DNA of 64,000 nt from Candidatus Obscuribacterales bacterium (GTDB taxonomy: Bacteria > Cyanobacteriota > Vampirovibrionia > Obscuribacterales > Obscuribacteraceae), in NCBI GenBank assembly GCA_965228855.1, contig CBDDIJ010000002.1:128001-192000 (forward strand), given 5' to 3'. How positions within the stretch are numbered: position 1 is the first letter of the stretch; each line of letters begins with the position of its first letter. The notes beneath the pieces are model-generated. The model did not search any database. It saw only the letters and a list, made by a program, of their open reading frames with translations, and had not been told where the DNA came from. Shown piece by piece: positions 1 through 10,169 of the stretch. The position numbers were made by a program, and so were the translations under genes.

Positions 1-723
1 AATCGTCAAATCAGCAATCGCACGTCCAAGTTTTTCTGTCTGAAAATACGCCTGAGCGCGCAAGTAGTAAATCTCGGTGATTTCCGGTCCGAGATCAATT
101 GCTTTATTGAAGTCGACCAGAGCCTCGTCAAACTTACCAAGTGCAAGGTGTGATGTGCCTCTTCCGATATAGCCAATAACAAAATTCGGATCTAATTCAA
201 GACAACGATCATATTTCTGAACAGCAGCATCATGCGCTCCTTCGGAAACAAATTCGACGGCCTCGTTGAAAACGCCCTCAACATCAGCGGTTTCCGCTCC
301 ACTTGTAACAGGCAACGGAGTTTTCTCGATTTGCTCCAGACGAAACTGAAGGTCGCGAACGGTTTTCAGCCAATCGCCTGCAGCTGAAGTTCCATCCCAG
401 AGGTCACGCAATTCCGAGGTAGATAAAATTCGACCGGTTATAGCCGCAGCCCGTGCCGCCAGCGCATCCGGAGCCTGGTATCTCTGCGACTTAATCCACA
501 GAGCAACCTCCGTCGGCAGCTTCGCCGAGGGAAACTCGCGAGAGGCAGCGATAACTTCTGAGGCAGCCACGGCTCTTTCAGCATCCCCGGCGTCGATGAA
601 ATTGTCGGCACCGTCAACAATATCAATTGCTTCGCGCACCGGGTCGCCGGTTTTTGAAACAAGCAAGATCTGGAGCCAATCTTTCGCTCCATCATTTCCG
701 AAACTGCTGGTATCCCATTCCAT
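1..723 (-). CDS. DUF4259-like N-terminal domain fused to TPR repeats (runs off the window edge)
   Basis: Not in the ORF track. Hand translation from ATG at 723 gives MEWDTSSFGNDGAKDWL...AVAASEVIAA...SELRDLWD (DUF4259-like), followed by TPR-like helices (GYIGRGTSHLALGKFDEALVDFNKAIDLGP). Confidence 0.75.
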   Translation of the reverse strand, partial: MEWDTSSFGNDGAKDWLQILLVSKTGDPVREAIDIVDGADNFIDAGDAERAVAASEVIAASREFPSAKLPTEVALWIKSQRYQAPDALAARAAAITGRILSTSELRDLWDGTSAAGDWLKTVRDLQFRLEQIEKTPLPVTSGAETADVEGVFNEAVEFVSEGAHDAAVQKYDRCLELDPNFVIGYIGRGTSHLALGKFDEALVDFNKAIDLGPEITEIYYLRAQAYFQTEKLGRAIADLTI

Positions 724-951
724 TTGCGCTTCACTCGTTGCTAGGTCGACGTCTAGTTTATCAATTCCCCATAAGCCGGATCTGCCCCGAAATCGGACAA
801 ATTTCACCAACTCACAAACTTGACTACAGACCGAGGTTGCCCCGGTCGCAAACGCTTACGTATGCCGTGCCTGACATCCAGAAGCCGGGGGGCGAGAAAG
901 GTGATATGTTATAACTTTGCGTCAACAGTTCCGTGATTTGGTTAACTGATA

Positions 952-1404
952 ATGAGCGATTCAATCATCGTCCTGGAAACCATCGCCAATCAACAAGATA
1001 TTGCTGCAGTCGGCGCCATGTTGAACGACTACAACACGGAGCAGGGATTGGTTTTCAACCCGCAGTCTCTTGCGGTTTTTATTCGAAACAACGATACCGG
1101 TCGCGTGATCGCCGGTCTGAAAGGATCGACTCACTGGGAATGGTTGCGGATCAAACTGCTTGCCGTGCATAAATCGGCTCGCAATAAAGGTTTCGGCACG
1201 CAGCTGCTGAATGCGGCCGAGAAGGAAGCGATCGATCGTGGCTGTAAATTCGCATTCGTAGACACTTACAGCTTCCAGGCGCTGCCGTTTTATAAAAAAT
1301 GCGGCTATGAAGTTTTCGGTGAATTGCCGGAATATCCAAGTGGTCACAGCAGATTTTTTCTGCGCAAAACACTCGTGAATTCTTCCCCAACCGACAAGAA
1401 TTGA
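952..1404 (+). CDS. GNAT family N-acetyltransferase
   Basis: RNKGFGTQLL acetyl-CoA motif; DTYSFQALPFYKKCGY. Confidence 0.92.
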   Translation: MSDSIIVLETIANQQDIAAVGAMLNDYNTEQGLVFNPQSLAVFIRNNDTGRVIAGLKGSTHWEWLRIKLLAVHKSARNKGFGTQLLNAAEKEAIDRGCKFAFVDTYSFQALPFYKKCGYEVFGELPEYPSGHSRFFLRKTLVNSSPTDKN

Positions 1405-1419
1405 TAGGAAACAGTATCG

Positions 1420-2430
1420 GTGCGCCTTTTCGCCTGCTCGCTTTTTGCCATACTCATCGCATCATTCGCCTCTCCGATAAAAGGGGAAACAACCCTGGCG
1501 CGCGGCGTTACGACCAAACCAGCCGTTCGCTATCACGTCAAAATGAAAACCAAAGTCGTCATTCCGGCATCAGGACCGGCGTGCAAGCAAGTGCGCGTTT
1601 GGCACGCGCTGCCGACGACGCGCCCCTGGAGCAAAACAACTGCAGTCCCAGGCGTAACGGCGCTCAGCTACTTGCCTAAAACCGGAAAGCTGGAGCTGGA
1701 AAAGGACAGGCTGTCCGCGCATGTTTACTTCGAGGACAATTCGCAGTTTCGCCCCAATGATGTACGTTATTTCCAGTCGGAATTTTATGTTTATTCAAGC
1801 GACCGAGATTTTGATCCGGGCAGCCGAGCCGTGATCTGGAACCGCTACACGGCAAACGATCACGTCGGTGCTGAGAAAATTCCTGCCGTGAGAGCGGAAG
1901 TGGCGACCATCGCGGACGAACTAAAATCCAATCGAAACCCCGTTGAATTCGTGATCGAGGCGTCGAAGTGGATTAGAAACGAACTCGCTTATGACGCCGG
2001 CGTCGGCTACGGTCCCGACGATGTCGCGTCGGTTATGCGCTACAGGCGAGGACATTGCGGGCATCAGCAAGCGGTTTTCAAACAAATGTGCGCGCGCGCG
2101 GGCATTCCCTACAAGCCGGTTTTGGGCTTATTTCTGCACGCTCCGGACGGAAAGGACTCTTTGAGCAACGTGCGTCCGGACTTCGCCAATAACCACACCT
2201 GGTGCCAGGTTTGCTTTCCGGAGATAGGTTGGGTCGAGGTCGATCCCGGAGCCGGAGAAAAATGTTTCAAGATTCCATCTACCTTGATTCAAAACAACAC
2301 CGCCTTTGAAAATTACTCCGTCTGGGTCTCAGAACCAGGTCGCGCCTCTCGCGAACCCACCTGGACCTGGGTCGGCGGCAAATTCGTCTGCGACTACGGC
2401 GTCGAAAACAGCATCACCTTCCGCGACTAA
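1420..2430 (+). CDS. Secreted transglutaminase-like domain protein
   Basis: N-terminal signal peptide; Cys-His-Asp triad motifs GHCGH, NHTWCQV, GWVEVDP. Confidence 0.85.
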   Translation: MRLFACSLFAILIASFASPIKGETTLARGVTTKPAVRYHVKMKTKVVIPASGPACKQVRVWHALPTTRPWSKTTAVPGVTALSYLPKTGKLELEKDRLSAHVYFEDNSQFRPNDVRYFQSEFYVYSSDRDFDPGSRAVIWNRYTANDHVGAEKIPAVRAEVATIADELKSNRNPVEFVIEASKWIRNELAYDAGVGYGPDDVASVMRYRRGHCGHQQAVFKQMCARAGIPYKPVLGLFLHAPDGKDSLSNVRPDFANNHTWCQVCFPEIGWVEVDPGAGEKCFKIPSTLIQNNTAFENYSVWVSEPGRASREPTWTWVGGKFVCDYGVENSITFRD

Positions 2431-2478
2431 CCGCCCCAGCCAAACCCTGCCTACACCGGAAGAACCCGCCAAACCCGC

Positions 2479-2785
2479 CTACTATATGCCAACGTATCCT
2501 CGGACTCCCAAAACCCTTCCCAGGCAGTCTTCTTCGAGGACTACTCCCGTCCCATAGCCTTGTTTTGCTCACTTTGGCTACGGTGGAATGACGGATTTTC
2601 GAAAATCCGGCAACGTACCGTAGACAAAACCCTGCTTACTATATGCCGACGTATCCTCCAATTCACGAAAACCTCTCTAGCCGGTCTTTTTCAAGGACAG
2701 CTCCTTGCTCGCCCTCTCGTTTTGCTCACTTTGGCTACGGTGGAATGACGGATTTTCGAAAATCCGGCAACGTACCGTAGACAAA
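2479..2785. repeat. Dispersed 56-bp twin-site element, two tandem half-elements (157-bp period)
   Basis: Identical cores TTTGGC-N11-GACGGA-N10-TCCGGC-N11-GACAAA at 2573-2628 and 2730-2785; outer boxes CTACTATA at 2479 and TTACTATA at 2636. Confidence 0.92.
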
Positions 2786-3222
2786 AGAATTCTTGACAAG
2801 AACACCTCGCGAACTCTTGACGACACGAACAATATCAATTGTCTCAAGCAAGCATCGCAGACGGTTTAAAGGACGATTAGACAAACTCAATGGAAAAACT
2901 CTTCAACTAGCTTGAAATAGCTCGCGGTCAATTCATAGGGTAAGCAGTCAAATCTTTTCTCTCAGTTTGAAACCGTTCACGCCAAAATCGCTGTTCCACT
3001 TCCAGTTGCACAAAGTTTCTCTGCCAGACGAGCAGCGGATAGAGAGAAGATTTTGATATTCAGCATTGACACCAGATACGGTGCAGTGCATCTCCAGCGA
3101 CTTTCGCAACACTTGCGACAAAATCGCGCAGTGCTGCTGTTTGAATGCATTGTTATCGGGCACGAATTGAAACTTCCATCGTCTGGGAGTTCAAGGTGCT
3201 CGAAGAACCCGGAGCCAAAAAC

Positions 3223-3963
3223 ATGTCCAGCAAAGCCAAAACCATCCTTGGGATTATCGCCGTGACGGCGTTCCTCGCGCTCGCCATCAACGTGCTCTTC
3301 TTCGACAAGGGACCGACGCCCCCGGTCACGACCTCGGCGAACGTCGTCGAAGTGACGGACAAGAACTTCCAGAGCGAAGTTCTCGACTCGAAGATTCCCG
3401 TGCTCATCGACTTCAACGCCACCTGGTGCGGTCCCTGCAAGACCTACTCGCCGATCTTCCACAAGGTCGCCGACCAGTACGCGGGTAAGGTGAAGTTCGT
3501 CAGCATCGACGTCGACAAGGCGCCGGCTGTGGCGAATCTTTTCGGCATCACCGCCATTCCCGCCACCGTTTTCCTGAGCGAAACCAATGGCGTCATCAGC
3601 GCCGGCGCAGCCTCGGGCGCTCTCGACGAAGCCACACTCAAGAAGCTCGTCGACTATTGCCTGACGCCTGGCGCGAAGCTCATTCCGCTCTTTGAACGCA
3701 AGAAGCCCGGTGATGCAAACGACCCCGCCGTCGCCGACCCGAACGCGCCTGCGGTGAGCGACCCGGTGACGAGCGACCCGGCGACGCCCGACCCGAACGG
3801 CGCGACGCCCAAAACGGAGGACCCGACGCCTATCATCCCGAAGGAGAACAACGCGACGCCGAAATTCGAATCGATCCCCTTCGATAAGGAGCTGCCGCGC
3901 GTCGACCCGCTCCCGAAGAACGACGGACCGCCGAAAACCGAACAAATCGTCCCGACCCACTAA
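3223..3963 (+). CDS. Membrane-anchored thioredoxin with Pro/Asp-rich C-terminal tail
   Basis: WCGPC active site; N-terminal TM helix; GGAG RBS before ATG 3223. Confidence 0.9.
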   Translation: MSSKAKTILGIIAVTAFLALAINVLFFDKGPTPPVTTSANVVEVTDKNFQSEVLDSKIPVLIDFNATWCGPCKTYSPIFHKVADQYAGKVKFVSIDVDKAPAVANLFGITAIPATVFLSETNGVISAGAASGALDEATLKKLVDYCLTPGAKLIPLFERKKPGDANDPAVADPNAPAVSDPVTSDPATPDPNGATPKTEDPTPIIPKENNATPKFESIPFDKELPRVDPLPKNDGPPKTEQIVPTH

Positions 3964-3994
3964 GCGGTCGCCCTGACCTGAACTAACCCCATCA

Positions 3995-4032
3995 AGTCCT
4001 CCCGGAAACCGCATCCGGGAGGACTCTTCTCT
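3995..4032 (+). terminator. Probable intrinsic terminator
   Basis: AGTCCTCCCGGA/TCCGGGAGGACT stem followed by a pyrimidine tract, 30 bp after the thioredoxin stop. Confidence 0.6.
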
Positions 4033-4055
4033 TCCAATTCCGCCTACAAACCCGC

Positions 4056-4303
4056 CTACTATACCCCGAAGTATCCGCATCATCCGGAGACCTCCCGCAG
4101 GGCTGGCATTCTCAGGATCAGTACTCAACGTTTCCTCACCAAAACCCTCGCTTTGGCTATCCTGCAATGACGGAATCGGCTAAATCCGTCATCGCAGGAT
4201 AGCCAAAGACTTCTTTTTCAGAAGGCGCCAAAGCGATTAAGAGCCTAAAAACCCCACCATGAGCTACTTGCCGGGATTTACGAGATACGCCCGCATATAG
4301 TAG
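4056..4303. repeat. Complete symmetric dispersed element (248 bp)
   Basis: CTACTATA at 4056, core 4152-4207, TATAGTAG at 4296-4303 (96 bp either side); an extra box lies at about 4375-4392. Confidence 0.92.
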
Positions 4304-4478
4304 TATATCGGGAGACGCCAGAGCAAAAAAAGCCCGAAAAGATGCCGTGGCGGGCGTTGCTCGATGCGCGTCTCCACGCCTGCATATAGTAACAAAACCG
4401 CACAAAAGCAATCAGAGCCGCATTACTGCGGATGATTGCCTTGAGTCCGACTGGACTCGTGCGACCTGCTAAGCATGC

Positions 4479-5138
4479 CTAAAAGCCGAGCTCTCCGCGC
4501 ACGCGGTCCAGGTTTTCCTGAACTGTCACGGCGATGTTCTTGCAGTAGTTCGGCCACTCTTCGCACACCTGCTCAGCCTGCCACCAGATCTCACGAGCCT
4601 CCACGAAGTTGCCGCGCTCGTACGTCAGGCACGCGAGTTGGTTCAGCACCTCAGCGCAGAACCAGTGATCGCGGCGAAGATGACTCTCAACCTCAGCCAT
4701 CGCGCGGTCGACGTGAGCCTGCGCCTCCTCCCAGCGATGTTGCCGGCGCGCAGCGTCGCAGGCACTGTTATGCCGCCGAGCGCGTTCCAGCGCCGCATTC
4801 ACCTCTCGGCGACTACAATGAACCGGTTCCGGCTCGACGGTGAAGTTCATGGTCGTCAACCACGAACCATTCACGCGGAGACCGTTTGCATCCGGGTGCA
4901 GGATCAACGCGGTTCCGGGCCCACTCTTACGCGGCGCCACCGCCGGCGGCACCACCACGTTAGCAGGCTTCTCAGCCTCACACCCGCCATCCTTGACGCC
5001 AGGCTTGACACCGAGCATCTGCCGCAGATGCCGGAAGTGCCGCTCTTGCTTCCGGTCTTCCCGCTTTCGCAGAAACTGCCGCACACCCACCGCCGCTAAA
5101 CCGAACAACGCTGCCGCTCCGATCAGATAGTTTCTCAT
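4479..5138 (-). CDS. Membrane-anchored TPR protein
   Basis: N-terminal hydrophobic helix; AEVLNQLACLTYERGNFVEAREIW TPR; AGGAG RBS. Confidence 0.75.
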   Translation of the reverse strand: MRNYLIGAAALFGLAAVGVRQFLRKREDRKQERHFRHLRQMLGVKPGVKDGGCEAEKPANVVVPPAVAPRKSGPGTALILHPDANGLRVNGSWLTTMNFTVEPEPVHCSRREVNAALERARRHNSACDAARRQHRWEEAQAHVDRAMAEVESHLRRDHWFCAEVLNQLACLTYERGNFVEAREIWWQAEQVCEEWPNYCKNIAVTVQENLDRVRGELGF

Positions 5139-5215
5139 CTGATGCTCCTTTTCGCCTGAAGTTTGTAAAAGTAACTGGTACTGAAATCTTGCCGCGAAAT
5201 GACCGCAGCACAAGC

Positions 5216-6166
5216 CTAGCCGTCGAAGGCTTCGGCTGTTCCGATAGCGAAGGTGAACGGTCCCGCCTCCATCGCGGCGTAAACCGCAGCGAGTTCATCA
5301 CCGTTCAGATCGACTTCGACACGCGTGCGCGTGTTGAGATCGTAGACTTCCGCGCCGCTGTCGCCGATCACGATCACCTTCATGTCTTTGAGAAACTGCA
5401 CCCGGCGGACATAGACCCGGTGCCCCGTTTCAATTCGCACACTGACACCCTTGTCCAGATCAGCAATCCAGAGATTGCATCGTCCGGTAGCCCTGTAGGT
5501 GGAGCCGGCGAAAACAGCAATTCTACCCACCGGGTGGATGGCATGGGCCCAGCACTCGAAGTCGAGATCCTCGTCCGCGCCGACAAAAGCACGCTCCAGT
5601 GAGTCTCCCGTTTCCACATCCACACAATAGACGGCACCACCCGCGGTGAGCGCCAGCACGGATTCACCTTGCCCGGTGAACATCACCCGCACGATCGCTG
5701 AGCTGCAGACTTTCCGGAGAAACCGCTCTTTGCGCACAGTCCCGTTGTTCAGATCAACCACGGCAACGCTGCCGGTCGAGGTTCCAACGGCGAGCTTGTC
5801 CCCCTGCTGGCTGTAGGCGACGGACTGGGCACGAGCGAGCGGCATCGGTTTCAGCCAGGCACCGAGAGCAACATCGTAGAACTCCACGGAGTTCACCTTG
5901 TCACCATATACGATGGCACACTCTTGGTTGCGAGCGCCGTTGATCTCGGTCTTGAGCACCGGTCGAAAAGCCATACCGAGACACGCCACAGCGTTCGGCA
6001 CTTCGACTGACACGCCGGTTTCCGTGTCAATCAACCATGGAGGCTCACCGCGCGCAACCACGCCGAGCACTCCCTTGTTAGAACCAGGCGCCGGCGAAAC
6101 CAGGTCACGAACCAGGCTCCCGCGCGCGTCGATGGCGAACTTCGTAATCGAAAAAGTTCGAGTCAT
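5216..6166 (-). CDS. WD40/beta-propeller-like protein
   Basis: Blades such as SVAYSQQGDKLAVGTSTGSVAVVDL; AAGGAG RBS before ATG 6166. Confidence 0.7.
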   Translation of the reverse strand: MTRTFSITKFAIDARGSLVRDLVSPAPGSNKGVLGVVARGEPPWLIDTETGVSVEVPNAVACLGMAFRPVLKTEINGARNQECAIVYGDKVNSVEFYDVALGAWLKPMPLARAQSVAYSQQGDKLAVGTSTGSVAVVDLNNGTVRKERFLRKVCSSAIVRVMFTGQGESVLALTAGGAVYCVDVETGDSLERAFVGADEDLDFECWAHAIHPVGRIAVFAGSTYRATGRCNLWIADLDKGVSVRIETGHRVYVRRVQFLKDMKVIVIGDSGAEVYDLNTRTRVEVDLNGDELAAVYAAMEAGPFTFAIGTAEAFDG

Positions 6167-6574
6167 GAGAAACTCCTTGTGTTGGCACCCGCACATTCGG
6201 CGAGTGTAATGCCTCTGAAAACATGAAAATCTCCTGCCCGCGCGAATCCCAACGACCATAGTCGGGCTCCTAATTAACTGCTGTAGTCTGCTTATCTGCT
6301 TGCGGCGTTTGTTGTTTCAAACAAAATTCCAGGGATTAAAACCAACCTAACAGTCCCCACCGAATTCACCAAGATCTTTTTAGGCTATAAACAGAATCAA
6401 GCATCAACGTGGAGAAGCTCACCAGAAGCAAGAATCAAGCATTCGAGAACATAAAAACTCTTAAGCGCTAGTTTGTGCCACTAAGAATTAAACTGGGAAC
6501 CAGGTAACAACTTAAGCCCGCGAGCACTACCGATATTGAAAATAAACGAAACTACTTCGCACAACACGACCTGC

Positions 6575-6821
6575 CTACTATATACCACAGCATAAGCCAA
6601 ACCGACAAAAGCCATTACCCGCATGGTTTTCAGCCAATCTTCAAGCTCACTCTTGATCGAAACCCGACAGTTTGGCTATCCCACTACGACGGAATTCGCA
6701 AAATCCGGCATTCCCTGATAGACACCGAGCCGAAAATCGACCCGCTTGAAGGTACAAAAACTTCGAAAACCACCACTGAGAAGCCATCGGGCAAAACCGT
6801 TTATACTGCCTTTTATAGTAG
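6575..6821. repeat. Complete symmetric dispersed element (247 bp)
   Basis: CTACTATA at 6575, core 6671-6726, TATAGTAG at 6814-6821. Confidence 0.9.
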
Positions 6822-6837
6822 ACTTCAGGTGAAGAAG

Positions 6838-6883
6838 CATCGACGCGGAGAGGCACCATTGCTGGTGCCTCCCTTTGTCGATG
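6838..6883 (-). terminator. Hairpin downstream of the PLD gene
   Basis: CATCGAC..GAGGCACCA/TGGTGCCTC..GTCGATG inverted repeat. Confidence 0.5.
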
Positions 6884-6902
6884 TTCCCCTCACGCCTTGG
6901 CG

Positions 6903-8777
6903 TTAGGCGGCTTTGGAAAGCCGCTGGAAGCCGGTCGTGAAGTACTCCAGTTCACGCCGAGACTTGCTCGACAGGTACTTCGGAGTGAAGAAGCGGTCCT
7001 GCCACTTCGCCGTGGGCTCCAGGCTGGCCTCGAACGTGCCCCCGTCGTTGCGGACCATCGACCGGAACCGGTAGTGGTCGTAGACGTCGAGGATGTGCGC
7101 GAGGTACGCAGCAGCGAGGCGATGGTTGCCACGAACGATGAGGAGGTTCTCGTCGTTGGAGTAGCTCGCCTTGAAGCCCAGGTTGTGGCTGCCGAGGATG
7201 ACCACCGGGTCGTCGCCGAACGGGTCGACCACCACGATTTTGTCGTGAATGATCGAGTGGGCTTCCGGAAGCTTCAGAAGCTCCTTCTGCCACTTGCCGA
7301 CCGCCGTTTCCAGCGAATCGGCGGCGATGATCACCGGCCGCTTCTTGTCGTGGTGGAAGATCTGAACCGGGGCTGCCACTTGCGCGGCGGCGGTCAGATC
7401 CGCGAAGGTCCCGCTCACGTCCGGCGAGATGATGCCAGCCGCAGAGCCGTCAGCCGAACTCGCCGGGACCAGCAGACCCGATTCACCGCGAACGAAGCGG
7501 TTGGGCTGCTGAGGCGTGAACGGCTTGGGCAGAGCCTGCGGGCTGGACACCGCGCCGCGGTAGAACAGGTGCTTCTTCCCGAACTGCATCCCGTTGATCT
7601 TGCTGATGATCGAGGGGAAGCCCGGGTAGAACGCGAGGAAGTAGACGCCTTCCTTCGCGCCGTCGATCGCGTCGAAGACTTCGCCCATGTCCACGGGAAC
7701 GGGAGGCTTGGTCTTCGGCTTCACCTTCTCGACGGTGTTGGGCGAGAACCACGCCTGAATGCGCGTCCCGTCCTTGAGCACGACTTCCTTCGGCTTCTTG
7801 CGATTGAAATCGCGGAGCGCCGTGCCCTGCAGTTCGCCCTTGTCGGTGTCTTCCTTGAGGGCGTCCCAGGCCGCGCCGTAGATCTCGCCGAGTTCCTCGG
7901 AGATGACCGACAGCGCGTTGTTGGACTGGCAGCAGAGACCCGTGAACGTCGAGTTCGCACTCGCCGTCAGAACCTCCACCGGGCGACCAGCCTTGTTGTA
8001 CCGCACGTGGGACTTGTTGTGCGGCAGCGACGACTTGGGCAGGATGCGGTCGTGAACTTCCGCTTCCGCCTCATGCAGACGCTTGCGGGCATCCGCGTTG
8101 GTCTCGTCGTTCTCGCCGGCGTTGCCGAGGATGAGGCTGAACACGTCCGTGTTCGCCAGCAGGAAGTCGACGATCTCGGGGTCGGCAAGCTCATAGAGCG
8201 CCGAGTACACGTGACCGTCTTCCGCCTTGGCTCGCTCGAACACGCCCTTGATGAAGCCAGGCAGTTCGCCGGCGAGCATCGTGCGAATCGGGCTGTCCGG
8301 CTTCTTCAGCTCCTCGATGAGCTTCTCGGGGTCGGGACTGCCGTCCTCGAGCTTGGGCAGCATCGACGCCAGCTTCTGCGTGGACAGGATGCCGCGGTTG
8401 AAGCAGGCCTTCATCTGGTCGCTGATCTCGGTCGAGCGCGTCACTTCGTTGGTCGTGACCGCCATCTCGGCGAGAGGCTTGAGATTGTCGGGCTCGCCGA
8501 CCATCGGCACGATTTCGTACTTGTAGGTCTCGCCGGTCTTGCCGCCGAAATCCTTCCACTTGAAACCCTGAATGGGCCACTCGTCCGTGGTACGCGAAGT
8601 CCAGCCTTCGCCGTCCTTCTTCTGGCTGGGGAACGGCAAGTACGCCGGAAGCGTAAACTTCTCGCCGGTCGCGACGTTGATGCGGCGCACCGAGAAGCCG
8701 AGGCAGTTCTCGATGGCCTTGTCGGTCAACCAAACGATGACCGAGCAGGTGTTGTTTCCGAATGCTACAGCTTTCAT
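6903..8777 (-). CDS. Phospholipase D superfamily protein (two HxK motifs)
   Basis: HDKIVVVD...GSHN intact; HNKSHVRY...ASAN degenerate; AAGGAG RBS. Confidence 0.88.
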   Translation of the reverse strand: MKAVAFGNNTCSVIVWLTDKAIENCLGFSVRRINVATGEKFTLPAYLPFPSQKKDGEGWTSRTTDEWPIQGFKWKDFGGKTGETYKYEIVPMVGEPDNLKPLAEMAVTTNEVTRSTEISDQMKACFNRGILSTQKLASMLPKLEDGSPDPEKLIEELKKPDSPIRTMLAGELPGFIKGVFERAKAEDGHVYSALYELADPEIVDFLLANTDVFSLILGNAGENDETNADARKRLHEAEAEVHDRILPKSSLPHNKSHVRYNKAGRPVEVLTASANSTFTGLCCQSNNALSVISEELGEIYGAAWDALKEDTDKGELQGTALRDFNRKKPKEVVLKDGTRIQAWFSPNTVEKVKPKTKPPVPVDMGEVFDAIDGAKEGVYFLAFYPGFPSIISKINGMQFGKKHLFYRGAVSSPQALPKPFTPQQPNRFVRGESGLLVPASSADGSAAGIISPDVSGTFADLTAAAQVAAPVQIFHHDKKRPVIIAADSLETAVGKWQKELLKLPEAHSIIHDKIVVVDPFGDDPVVILGSHNLGFKASYSNDENLLIVRGNHRLAAAYLAHILDVYDHYRFRSMVRNDGGTFEASLEPTAKWQDRFFTPKYLSSKSRRELEYFTTGFQRLSKAA

Positions 8778-9254
8778 AATCTGGCACTCCTTTCAGTGCT
8801 CTCCAGTCGTTGAGCGCGGCTCTCGACCAGAGTTTTGGGATGTGCGAACGCGGCAAACCGGAGTTGAGTCCAATTCGCCGTGAGCGCGTGATTAGAAATC
8901 TGTGTTGCTACATCAGCCACTTAGCTGCGAGAAACACAATCTGATTTTTGGTGGAGCTTGTCGTTTTGTTTTGTTTGAGCTCTCTTTTTTGCCAAAAATG
9001 GAAGATAACTAGCCCTACCGGAATTGCTGTCACGCGCGCAATAGATTTGGAGAAACAGATACTTTTGGCAATAGGTGAGATTAAGAGCCGAAGGTCGGGA
9101 TTTTTAAAAGCATTTCAGATGCTTGGAAGAAAAACGAGCTGAGATTATCCTTTGATGTAATTAGTGAATCTACGATAAATCGCAAGGTCTCCTAACTCGC
9201 GCGAGAGGGTCAACGCGAACAATCACGAAGCTCGCGCGCCGTCTAATCTTCCTC

Positions 9255-9465
9255 CCCGTCAACGAGCCAGCGACAAAATTCACCAGATCCGTCGCTCTCT
9301 GATTGACAGGGCTCCCGTCGGACAACTCTAAACTCGACCTGTCAACGAGCCAGCGACAAAATACACCAAATCCGTCGCTCTCTGATTGACAGCGCGCCTC
9401 AAAATCCATTTTGTCAACGAGCCGGCGACGAAATCCGCAAAATCCGTCGTGACGAGGAAGGTTCG
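9255..9465. repeat. Three tandem variant 56-bp cores without outer boxes
   Basis: CCYGTC-AACGAGCCAGC-GACAAA-N10-TCCGTC-GCTCTCTGATT-GACAG at 9255 and 9338, with a degenerate copy at 9410. Confidence 0.85.
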
Positions 9466-10169
9466 CGCCTTCAATCCATACGAGATTCGCCGCGATCAAC
9501 GACTCATGTCACGCGGCCGTCACACGAGGTCTGTAATCTCTGAATCGGCGAAAGCATTACTATTTAAAACCTAAACCCCGCTCGCAACCACAGTTTCGAG
9601 CGCGTTTCATTGTCCACAAACAAAATGCGGACAGAAGACCACGCACCACCCATGGTGCCAAACGCGCCCAAACTTCGACTTTCGATTGGTTGCGTCCCCA
9701 GAAGCGATGCTTGCAATTGCACCTGCATGCGCGTTTCAGCCACTTTCGTCCCATTCAAACCAATCACGTCCTCACTCAACTCAGCTTATAAAACCATATC
9801 GATCAAACTCGATATATTGTTCCCGTCGTCCGGATTCACATCCTTTTCGACATAAGCCCGTTCCATTACCACAAACGGTTCAATCTCCACCCCTTCTGAT
9901 TGATCTCAGATGTTTCAAGTCGCGACTAAATCGTCGCGTCTTTCATCATGGACAGAATTCCAGACTGGAAGCGGCGTTACGTTGATTTCGCTGACTAAGG
10001 CGCTGCGAACTTCACCTGCTCCAGAGCGAAAAACCTTCACCTATACAGCTCAAAACGCACAACCGGTGTTCTAATCGTGCACCCACAAATCCTGCATCCA
10101 TCAGAATCCTACCGACACTCGCGTTCAAACCACTCGCATTCGTACTTCCCCAAACTCACGGAGTCACTC

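Noticed and set aside
2560..2748. Short ORFs over element loci (also 29147-29746, 48916-49336, 35907-36405, 63450-63966)
   Set aside because: They translate repeat DNA and lack an RBS or codon bias.
4056..4303. Classical MITE or RAYT-type REPIN
   Set aside because: No target-site duplication is visible, arms are highly divergent between copies, and CTAC..GTAG is the reverse of the usual GTAG..CTAC REPIN polarity. Not fully excluded.
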